DNA of 63,750 nt, filler included, from Olpidium bornovanus S191 (taxonomy: Eukaryota > Fungi > Olpidiomycota), in assembly GCA_017911155.1 (NCBI GenBank). It is 27 parts of 27 records of this genome, joined end to end, with 100 filler letters (N's around TTAATTAATTAA, not from the genome) between each part and the next. Parts side by side here need not be neighbours in the genome. Positions count along the whole stretch, not along the records: positions 45,924 to 50,392 come from JAEFCI010012429.1; positions 50,493 to 54,222 come from JAEFCI010012775.1; positions 54,323 to 55,432 come from JAEFCI010000373.1; positions 55,533 to 56,799 come from JAEFCI010012881.1; positions 56,900 to 58,448 come from JAEFCI010002302.1; positions 58,549 to 62,642 come from JAEFCI010003131.1; 21 more parts are not named here. The stretch is one strand, 5' to 3'. The notes beneath the pieces were generated by a model. That model ran no database searches, was not told where the DNA came from, and was given only the letters and a program-made list of their open reading frames with translations. Shown piece by piece: positions 48,600-58,838 of this stretch (the stretch's first letter is position 1; each line of letters starts with the position of its first letter). The position numbers and the translations under genes were made by a program.

Positions 48600-49020
48600 C
48601 CTTTCGACCAGCTCCCGCGCTTCGCCTTCGCTGCGCCCGCGCTTCGGCGCCTGCGCTTCGCCTCCGCCACGCCCACGCTTCGCCCTCTGCCGCGCCTGCG
48701 CTCCGACGCCTCCGCGCCCGCGCCCTTCGCCCTCCGCTTCGCCTCCGCCGCGCCCGCGCTTCGGCGCCTGCGCTTCGCCTCCGCCGCGCCCGCGCTTCGA
48801 GCGCCTGCGCTTCGCCTCCGCCGCGCCCGCGCTTCGCCCTCCGCCGCGCCTGCGCTTCGCCCTCTGCCGCACCCGCGCTTCGCCTCCGCCGCGCCCGCGC
48901 TTCGGCGCCTGCGCTTCGCCTCCGCCGCGCCCGCGCTTCGCTCCCCGCCGCGCCTGCGCTCCGTCGCTGCCACGCCTGCGCTTCGTCGCCGCTGCGCCCG
49001 CGCCCGGCCCGCCGCCGCGT
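48600..49020. repeat. GC-rich degenerate minisatellite (CGCTTCGCCTCCGCCGCGCCCG / CGCTTCGGCGCCTG units) in the retroelement leader
   Basis: About 420 bp built from interleaved 14-22 bp units. Confidence 0.85.
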
Positions 49021-49098
49021 TTGTTTTTTGAGCTCACGTTTGTTTTTGAGCTTATTTTTGCTCGTTTTTGAGCTTATTATCGCTCCCTGAGCTTATTT

Positions 49099-50392
49099 TT
49101 GCTCACTGCGCCTTTGTCTTCGTTTGCTCCATTGTTTTTCCGTCGACGTGAACAGCCGTTGACGATGCCCTCCCCGCGTCGTCGACGCTGCAAAGGTGTG
49201 ACGCCGCTGCCGCTGTCGCCCCACATAACGGCGACCCGCACCGCTCCCCCGCCGCCATCAAACCCTTCGAACTCCGCAGTTCGTTCGGCCGCGTCGTCCC
49301 CCGCGCCCGTCGCCGCGTCGTCCTCCGCGCCCGTCGACCCCGCCGCCGTCCCCATCCCACCGTCGCCGTCCTTCGACACCCGGATGGATCTACCGCCGCT
49401 TCGCGTCCCCATTTTAATTCCCGAACAGGCACCCGACGCCACGCCCGCCGCCACGACCGCCGCTGCGCCCGCCGCTTTGTCCGCCCGTGTCATACTCGAC
49501 AATACCGCAAACGCTCCGGACACCGTCCTTCGTCAGCAAAAGCTTGCTGGACTCGCTGAGTGGCGCGCTTCGATCGTTGCCCGCGTTGGTGCCGTTACTG
49601 CGACTGCGCTTTTAACCTAAATTGACGCCGCTCTTCCCGCCATCGTCGACGACCCGTCCATTTCGTTGCAGGAGTTGAGCGCTACCTGCCCCTCACTCGA
49701 CGAGCGCCTCATTGAGATGGCTGCCTCGTACCGTGCGCCGAGCCGCTCCCTGTCGCTCCTCCAGGCGAGCCTCGACCGCACCGCTGCTCAACTCGTGGAC
49801 CCCTCGACGACCGTTTGCCCGTCGACCGCAACCACGCGTATTCTATCGCGCTCGCCCCCGGCTCGGTCTCGTCGCCGTTCTTCGACGAACCGCCGCCGCC
49901 GCCGCCGACGATCGTCCTCCTCGTCGCCCAACAGCTCGTCCAAATAGTCGTCTTCCGATTTGGAGGAAGATCGCTCGCCGTCCCCGATCTCCCGCCATCC
50001 CTCTGGTGGTGCTGCGTTCACCGGCGTTTCCCGTGTCGTCCCTCACGGCCGCCGCGTCCGCATGTCTCTCGTGTGGGACAACGCACTCCAGTGTGGAGGC
50101 AGATTGATCGGGTGTAAGCAGCGCTTCCTTTCCAAGCTCGAGCTCTCTGGGACCTTTACCGAGGCCCAGAAGCTCGCCGAACTGCGCAACAACGTCGTCC
50201 CCGAGTTGTGCAGCTTCCTGAACTGGGACATGGGGCGTCATCGTCCTCTTTCGACGCTCCAGGAAGGCCTTGATGTGCTCGCTAATCTGTACGCGTCGTC
50301 CTACGCGTTGAACCCGAAGCAGATTTTCGCATCGAAGGTCGCCCAGCTCCGGCAGGAGCCCGCCGAAAGCATGGCCGCGTATCTCGCGAAAG
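49099..50392 (+). mobile_element. Degenerate retrotransposon Gag (Ty3/gypsy-like), two in-frame stops; truncated by the contig end
   Basis: ORFs 49099-49620, 49666-49947 and 49960-end are one frame split by stops. It ends in LRQEPAESMAAYLAK, matching the Gag major-homology-type motif QxxxESVxxY. Confidence 0.65.
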
Positions 50393-50492
50393 NNNNNNNN
50401 NNNNNNNNNNNNNNNNNNNNNNNNNNNNNNNNNNNNTTAATTAATTAANNNNNNNNNNNNNNNNNNNNNNNNNNNNNNNNNNNNNNNNNNNN

Positions 50493-53400
50493 CATGTGGT
50501 ACGTTTCCACCAGCTTGCGGTGGTCGAAATCCGCGATCCCCAGGCCGCCGATAATCCCCAGCAGCTCGACGGTGAAGTCCGGGGAGGGCGACTTGAGGAT
50601 GCTGACCATTATGTCGGCGATGTGGTCCTGCGCGACGGGGAGGGGGGAAGAATAAGAGCGGGAGGGGTTTTGGTTTTGCACGAGCCGAACAGCGCGGCGC
50701 AGGCTGGCGCAAACCAGCGCACGCCCGCAGTCCTTTTCTCATTCCTTATTTTTTTTTGGCTCCGGGTTTGGGCGCCAAAAATGTCCTACAAACCAGAAAC
50801 AGCATCCTCGTCGGTCCTTCGTGCATCGAAATGTTCCTCAGTATTTTTGTCAGCAGCGGGTCGCGGGTCTTGAGGGCCCGTTTTACGAGGAACCTGAGTC
50901 CGCCGTCTTCGCACATGATCTCGGCGCACCGTGCGTTCATCGCCATGTTCACTCCAAGCGCCGCAAGCTCCGGGCTGATTCGGTCGCCTTTTTGTTCGAG
51001 CAGATGTTTCATGACCTAAAAAAGAAAAAAAAAAAAGGAAAGAAACGAAACGAAACGGACGAGAACGGGAGAACTTTAGTTTTATTGGCAATTACGGCCC
51101 GAGCAACGACGCGGTCAGATTCAGAGTTGAACAGAACGAAGAACAAGAGGGGATGGCGGGGCGGAGGAAAAAGGTTAACCCGAGCGAAAGCGAGGAATTC
51201 GGCGCGGACCGCAAACTCTCCGTGCGGAACTGGAGCGAGAACTACGAACGGAAATGGGGGGGGGGGGGGGGAAGGGGGGCCGGTAATTCGCGGAAGTTGA
51301 AACGAAAAAAAAAAAAAGTGAAAGCTTGGCGTTGGAAGAGGGGGGAGTGATGGGAGGGTTGCCGTTTAGGATGTGTCGGGCGTCGCATTCCCAAAACACT
51401 TCACATCGGCGAGTGATTGGGGCCGGGGCCCCCAAAAACATTGCATCACCGGAATTACCGCGGCTGTTGTGGTCGGGGTGTGGGGGGCTAAACGAAGAAG
51501 GAAAAAAAAAAAAAAAGTTGAAGGACGATACACGAAGAAGAACGAAATGTTCAAAAAAAAAATTCGCGCCGTCTAAATCACGAACAAGGCGCCCGCGCCG
51601 TCGTCCCTGGCCGTGTAAGTGGGAGGGGGCGGGGGAGGAGGGGATAATCCCCCCTCACCATTACACACTTTCAGCTCACCAGCGGCACCAGGTCCGTGTA
51701 CGTGAGGAGCGACCTGGTCCTGTCCTCGGCGGTGAGCATGTACAGGGCGCTCATGCACAGCACCCGGTGCTGGTTCGCTGCCAGGATGTCCACCAGGCGG
51801 GCGCACAGGCCCTGCTTGACGAACCCGTCGCGGAACTGCGGGTCGTGCGCCAGGTTGATGACGAGCCGGAGCGCGGCGCTCACGAGCGGGGAGGCGGCGG
51901 CGGCAGCGCCGACGTCGAGCGCGTGGCCGAGGCCCGGGAGGAAGTCCGGGTTCTGGACCATGGCGTCGGTGTTTTCCCGGAAGATGCTAAGCTTTTTCAG
52001 GAACGTCCCCACTAAAACCAGGAGCTCGGTCGTGTCCCGGCTCAGCATCACGACGAGCGTGTCTACGATCTTGCGTTTCACCATCTTCACCTCGATCATC
52101 AGGTCTTCGGCCAGGTTGAGGAGGAGGTGGAATGTGACTGGGGCCGTAAACGGTGGGTTGACTCTTTTAGTCGCGATAATTAACAAGTCCGTTTCCGTGA
52201 GAATGCAAAAACGACCCCCCACCGCAGATCGGAGTGTCCCCGATCATGCTTCAACACACTTCCGTACCGAACAAGAGTCGGTCCTGCTTCTGCAGCATTT
52301 TTTGCATCCGCTGCGTCTCGTGATCGACCTCTCTCGCGTACTCCTTGTTCCCCGGATTTTGATCCGCTTTTTGACACCCCCCCGCCCACCACCGCCCCCG
52401 CCGTTCGGGAGAAAAACAAAAACAGAAACAAGGGAGGTGGGGGGAGAAACCAACGGTCGATCTTAAAAACGAAAAAGTAAAAACAAACAAAACCAACGCC
52501 TCTCGAAGGCCGCACACAAAAAAAAGAGGAAAAAAAGAAACCGAACCGCCCCTCGGGGATTTTTTTTCGCCACAGGTTTTTTTCCTTTTTTTTTTTTGTT
52601 TACCCTTCGCCCTGAACTGCTCGAGGTCGTCGTTCCAGAGCGCGTGGCGGGCGATCTCCTGTTCGATGATCTTCAGACACATGTCGCCGACCTTGTTTGT
52701 GGTGATATACGGGTGGAAATCGGAATAGTTCGAGAAGCAGAAGAACGTGTGGATGATGTTCGTGACAAGCTCCATCGACCTTTTGCCGTCCTCGCGAAGT
52801 ACTCTGGACAACGCCGACATGAGCGCTTCTGCAAATGCCGAAGTTAAAAACACAAACAAAAAAGGGAAAAGGAAAGAAATCCCCCCCCCCGCGACGAGAG
52901 AAAAAAAAGGGCCCAAAACCCCCCCGAAACGAAAAAAAAGGAAGAAGAAGAAAACGAATGTGTCCCGGCGTAGATGTTACAAAGCATGTGTACGCATGCA
53001 TGTACATCTCCGAAGGCTGGTGGATTGGAGGTGCAGACAGAGAGGGGGAGAATGGGTGGGTGGAGGAGGGAGGAGGGTAATTGGTGCGGACACTTGCCAT
53101 TCTCGACCAGGGCCTCCATGTTCTCCGGTACTCGCGTCAAGTTCAAGATGCAGCGCGTGCCGCGAATCTTGTCAGGTATCTCCTCGTAAAGCAGTTCGAT
53201 GTACTGGTCCACAGCATCCATCGAGACAGGCTCGTCCTTTTTTATTTTTTTTTTACGTTGTCGCGACCGGGGGGAAGTGGATTATGGCGGGAAGGGGACC
53301 AGTGTGTGTGCGATCAGCCGGTTGGTGTCCAAATGTTTGATGTTGACGGGCGCGCAGAGCCGCCGATCTGCCGATGCGAAAGAGAAAAAACGAACCACGT

Positions 53401-54021
53401 CCGCAGCTTGCGGCTGTTCAGAGTCCCAGCGCTGAGATTCCTCGATCTGCTGCCGCCTCGATCGACCGATATCTCCTGGCGGTGCCGGCGGGGGGCCGAG
53501 CGGGGCACCCCAAAAGTCAGTCCGGGGGGGGGTGGGGGGGGGACTCTCAAACTTGTTTCGGCACCCAGGGAAATTCCCTTTTCCGAGGCTGAATTAAAAG
53601 AGAAAAATCCCAACCTGCGGACTCGCTTATGACCCGCCGCTGCAGGCAGTAAAGCTGCTGCTCGACCTGCTGAAGGCGGCTCGCCGGAATCAGTTTGCAC
53701 TTGCTGATGATTTCCTGCGCCAGCGCCGACAGGTCGGTGTCACCGCCCAAACTCTTGACTCGTATCCTTTTCGGCCCCGCGCGCCCGACCCCCCGCCCGA
53801 TCCCCCGCCGAGGACGATCAGAAATGCGAAAAGAAAACAAAAGAAAAAAGGGGGGTTATCCGCAACAACAATCGCTTTTTGGATGGAACCTACAGCCGCT
53901 GCATAGCCTTCTTGTCCCCGAACGCCGACTGGCCGCCCTCGCCGGCGCTTTGAACCACGTAATTCACCACGAGCGCCAGCTCCGTCGGGTGTGCGTCCAC
54001 GCTACCTGGGATGACCTTTCT
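50493..54021 (-). CDS. KAP3: Kinesin-associated protein 3 (KAP3/KIFAP3), ARM-repeat subunit of heterotrimeric kinesin-II; multi-exon, both ends incomplete
   Basis: GSVDAHPTELALVVNY, IRVKSL..CKLIPASRLQQVEQQLYCLQ, DQYIELLYEEIPDKIRGT, ALSRVLREDGKRSMELVTNIIHTFFCFS, LLLNLAED..IEVKMV, FLKKLSIFREN, KRALKTRDPLLTKILRNISMHEG. Confidence 0.95.
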
Positions 54022-54661
54022 TTGTTTTGATGAGGTTCGCGGAATCCCGTTTCAGCGTCGAGGGAAGGGGAAGGGGGGCGGAAGGGGGGTGGGCGGTTTG
54101 ACATGGTCAGGGTTCTCCGTTCGGGCGCGTCCGGCGAGGTCGGTCGAAGCGGGAAGCCAATCGCACGCAAAAAAAAGCGGGGGCCGGGTGGGGCGGACGG
54201 GGTGATTGCGCACCGTCTCGGCNNNNNNNNNNNNNNNNNNNNNNNNNNNNNNNNNNNNNNNNNNNNTTAATTAATTAANNNNNNNNNNNNNNNNNNNNNN
54301 NNNNNNNNNNNNNNNNNNNNNNACATGATGTTCGCGTGTTGGCCCGGCCTCAAAAAAGAGCACAAGGTAGGACCCGCGTTATGAGTTTTGAAGGGGATTT
54401 TTTTTTTTTTTTGTGGCGCCGTGGGCGCTTGAACCGAGCGGGAGGCTAATTCCCGGCCGTTTTTCCTGTCAAAACACCCGCGAAGGGCGGCGCGCTTACG
54501 TTCAAGGACAAAAGGCGCATCGCTTCGAAGTTCCGAAAACTGGATTTGATAGGCAAGAATCGTTCTTACGGGATGCGGGCTGGGCCCTCCGCGCGCGCTG
54601 TGGCGGCTCAGACGTTTTTTTTTTCTTTACCCATCCCTCGTTCTCCGCCGGCCGGAGCACA

Positions 54662-54961
54662 GTCAACGACCACCGGACGTTCCGCGACGCTCTCTCGTTG
54701 GCCTTCTACCGCGCCGACCAGCCCGGCGACCATCACCTGTCGCCGCAAGAGCTGCACCGGGTCGTGTCGGAGGTTTACCGCATCTGCGGGATCGCGGCCT
54801 CGGAGGTGGACGAGGCCACCTTCGACGCCATCCACCGGCGGGGCCTGCGCGAGGCCGGCCTGAAGGCCAGCACGGTGACGGATTACGAAGCCCCCATGCG
54901 CGACGCGCTGCTGCGCGAGTGCACGTTCCTGGAGTACCAGCTGTACGCGGTCACGGTGTGA
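54662..54961 (+). CDS. Last exon of an unidentified protein with an EF-hand-like loop
   Basis: Strong GC3 codon bias. AFYRADQPGDHHLSPQELHRVV fits a DxxxDxxLSxxE loop, and the exon ends FLEYQLYAVTV-stop. Confidence 0.45.
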   Translation, partial: VNDHRTFRDALSLAFYRADQPGDHHLSPQELHRVVSEVYRICGIAASEVDEATFDAIHRRGLREAGLKASTVTDYEAPMRDALLRECTFLEYQLYAVTV

Positions 54962-55390
54962 GGGCAGCTGCTGCCGGCCTGCGGAAACGGCCTCTCTAAC
55001 CGGGAAAAACGGGCGTCGCGGGGTTTCTTCCCCCCCCCCCCCGATCTGCTGTTCGGCCGATCTGTAAGTGCTATCAGAACAAAAGGGGCCGCTGAAAACC
55101 GAAACGCGTCAATTTATGTTTCACCGCAATTGGGGTGACAGCGACGGCGGAGTGAGGGGGGGGGAGGGAGGGGCGCGTGTGCGAGCGCCGGCGCGCGCGC
55201 GTGTGTGTGTGTGTGGGCGCGCGTCCGCGCGCGCGTGCGGTCAAACTTGGATATCTGACAGCAATAAATACAGACGTGTTTTTGCCCGAGGATGCAGCAG
55301 AAATCTGCCGGGGAACGCCGGCAGCAAAAGAGAGTTTTCAACGGAACTGTTCTGCCTGAACCGATTTTGTGGTGGACTTGGACTATCCGT

Positions 55391-55426
<36 letters not shown>

Positions 55427-55533
55427 GCGGAGNNNNNNNNNNNNNNNNNNNNNNNNNNNNNNNNNNNNNNNNNNNNTTAATTAATTAANNNNNNNNNNNN
55501 NNNNNNNNNNNNNNNNNNNNNNNNNNNNNNNNG

Positions 55534-56292
55534 CTCACGTACAGCCTCGTCGACGCCTTGACGGGTGTTCTAGGCGGGGACGTCCGGGTGGCCGGCACCG
55601 AGGACCTGACGGGCCTTCCCGAGTACCGCAACGGCGGCCTCCTCGTCGACATGGGCGTCCTGCAGCTCCGCGACGCCGACCGCGAACGCGGCCTCGCTCT
55701 AGCTCGCTGCCAGTTGGCCGGCGCCGGCGGCGGGGCGCGGGGCGACCTGCCGCCTGCCGACGAGCTCGTACCCCTGTTCGAAGTGTCTGACCCCGTTATC
55801 GTCGAGTGGAGGGCCCTCACTGTCGCGATGCTCGACGAAGTTGCCGATCGGCTGCGCGCTCTCTTGGGGAGGCCGAATCTAGAGCTGGCGAAAGTTCTGG
55901 AGGGCGGGACGTGGAAGGTGGGGGCCGGGATGGGGGGAAATGGGATGACGAACTCGCGCTTTTCGAAACGCCGCGGTTGAATGACTTCGGGGGGTGTCAA
56001 CTCCCCCTCCTTTTTCTTTTGGACTGTGACCATTGAAACAAAAAAAAAATAAAGGCCGGCCGCGAAATCGCGTGCAAACTCCGACCGATATCCAAGGGGC
56101 CTCCCATCGGCGTCATCTCCGACGGTACCGGTACGTGCCTTTGTCCGATTTTTTTTTTTGCGCATTTTCGTTTCGCGTTTCTGGCTCGAGGCCTTTTTTT
56201 TCGTCTTTTGGTTCGCCTCAAGAGGACCCATCCGACGGACACGGGGCACTTTATTTATTATGATTATTACGTTTCTTTCCTCAGTGTTTTGA
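55534..56292 (+). CDS. URC4: DUF1688 / uracil catabolism protein Urc4, C-terminal part; exons 55534-55917, 56055-about 56130, 56285-56292
   Basis: LTYSL, LTGLPEYRNGGLLVDMGVL, IVEWRALTVAMLD, VLEGGTWK|AGREIACKLRP..GPPIGVISDGT|VF-stop. Confidence 0.9.
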
Positions 56293-56750
56293 TAGGGGCC
56301 GGCGGGTTCCAAAACCTCTGGTGGGGTTGGATTTTCCCCTCCCCCCAAGGCGCGAGGCAGAGGCAATTTGTAAGTTCCCGGCGCGGCCGATAAGAGCGAA
56401 CAAAGGAATGGTTCTTTAAAGATAAGGTTTCGGGTTTACAGAACGAAAAAAAAACAAAAAAAAAAACAAAAAAAGAAACTTGCCTGGTACATGACCGACG
56501 CCTTCTCCCAGTGATGAACCATCGCTTGGCTCACGAGAAGTTTGCCAAACCTCTTTTTTTTTCTGCTTCACTTGTCAACATCCTTTTGCCCTGTTGGATT
56601 TTGAGCCCCCTTTCGGTCACATTCGATTCATTATGACATTAAGTAGGAAAACTCCCAGCTCCCGAAATAAAACTTTTAAACGTCGGCTCAAAACCAAAAA
56701 CCGACATTTACCAGCACGTGTATCATTGTAACTGCAGGTGTGCGGAGCCG

Positions 56751-56799
<49 letters not shown>

Positions 56800-56899
56800 N
56801 NNNNNNNNNNNNNNNNNNNNNNNNNNNNNNNNNNNNNNNNNNNTTAATTAATTAANNNNNNNNNNNNNNNNNNNNNNNNNNNNNNNNNNNNNNNNNNNN

Positions 56900-57372
56900 A
56901 TGTTCGCAACAGGTGGGTTTTGCTATGGTCCTCCCGGACGATTCGCGCGGCATTGCAGTCTTCTCAGCCGCTTCCCCTATGCAATCTTGCGCCTGACCTT
57001 TTTGCTCCCGGGGCGTCAACCCCCCCCACCCGCGTCTCCCGGCCCCCCCTCTTCACCCCCTTTTTCTGTTCCTTTCCCCCTTCCCCCCGCGCTTTTCTGC
57101 ACCCGGTAACAGGCTCGTGGGACGGCGCCGTCCGATTATGGCAGCTGGCCGCGGACCTGCGGACCTTCCGGTTCCTGGCTGAAATCGCCGTGCCCGGGTT
57201 CGTGAACTGCCTCCGTTTCTGGTGTCCGCCTGGGCTTCCGGGGGCGTCCGAAGGAGCTACCGTCGTCGCCGCTGTCGGCCAGGAGCCCAGGCTGTCCCGC
57301 TTGGCGCGGATCAAGGACGTGAAGAACAACGTCACGGTCATCTCCCTGAAGTCGAAAACACTCAAGGCGTGA
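56900..57372 (+). CDS. RRP9: U3 snoRNP WD40 protein Rrp9 (U3-55K), C-terminal end
   Basis: MFATG|SWDGAVRLW..VPGFVNCL..VAAVGQEPRLSRL..VKN. Confidence 0.85.
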
Positions 57373-58404
57373 AGAAGTTGCGGGGTGGAGAGGGGAAAGC
57401 AGCGGGGCGATTTGGCCCCTGGCCCCCCCCCCCCCCACGCCTTCCTCCCTGCCTCCGCTGCCCGAGGGACGAGCCAGGTCGATCGAGAGGAGGGGCGGGC
57501 GGAACTCTGGGCTCGCGGCTTCAAGTCCCCGCCTTTCAAAATCACGTCCAGCACTCTCGCGGTTCTACGGTTAACAAACCTCGTCCGCGAAGCTTAGCGG
57601 AGTCCGGATTTCACGAAAACCGCAGCTTTCTGTTGCGCCGCTTTCCCCTTTTCGGCCCCGTTTTCGTCCCCGGTCAGTCGTCCCCGCCCGCTTCCCTCAC
57701 CCACTCCACCCGCCCGGATCTCAATCGCCCTCTGCAGGCGGGGAAAAGGGGGAGAAGAGGGGGGGGGGGTAGGGGGGTAAGGAGAGGGAAGGGTAAGAGA
57801 AAGGAGTTTCGAGATTTTGTGAAAAAAAAAACACGGAGCCTGGCGGCGGGGCTTTAACTTCCTCACCCTTCCCCCTCTCCATCCCGCATTTGTACCACGC
57901 CTTCTTTTTGGGGGGAGCATCAAAAAAGACTCGGGGAACGCTCGGTTTCTTTTACGAGCGCCTCTCTTGTTTTGCCACGTTCGTTTATAATTTGTATGCC
58001 GTCGTAATATACCTGTGCGCGTGCCCGTGTATGTGCGTGCGTGCGGGCCGTTCCCGAAGGCGCTTGACGCGCCCGGTTGGTCTCAGCGAGAGACGGGACA
58101 GAGGGGGGGCGCTGAAAATACAGGGGACCGCTGGGCGCTCAGGGCGCGTCCGAGTACATCGCGCGGCGAAAAAAACTGCCGTCCCCCCGTATACCCATCC
58201 CTGACTCAGAACAGGATGTAACATAAATAGTATAGATGTGGCTCCTCCTCCGCGGAGCCGCCCCGTAGAGATTTCCTCCTTCAACTCCGCTTCCCATCCC
58301 GTCGCGGTCTCCGCGTCTCCATCTTCGCCTTCGTCACATTCGCCTCCGAGCTCTAAAAGGAGTTGCGACAGGGGGTTGGAGGTGGGGTGGGGGAGAAGGG
58401 GGAA

Positions 58405-58438
<34 letters not shown>

Positions 58439-58838
58439 GGGCCCGGGGNNNNNNNNNNNNNNNNNNNNNNNNNNNNNNNNNNNNNNNNNNNNTTAATTAA
58501 TTAANNNNNNNNNNNNNNNNNNNNNNNNNNNNNNNNNNNNNNNNNNNNCATGCGGTAACGGCGTGTGACAAAGTAAAATCCTCCAACGCCGGTGTTGCCC
58601 GGCGAAAATGATAACGTGGATCCACCACCTACGGACGACAGTGAATTTTGAGTTATCCCGGTGGGCGATCGGGTCAATTTCCAAACCCCCCCCCCAATCA
58701 CCAGTGGCCCTGTTCCAAATCACCAGCCCAAACCTTTCTGACCCCCTCTCGCTTGACTACCCGCGTTTTGGACGAACCGCCGCGCTGATAATTAAGGATG
58801 ACATCGGGGACGGTTGCGGAAGACGGTGCCCGCCCGTC

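Noticed and set aside
58230-58290. RLRGG resembling a ubiquitin C-terminus (minus strand)
   Set aside because: The upstream residues do not resemble a ubiquitin fold; a chance match in GC-rich DNA.
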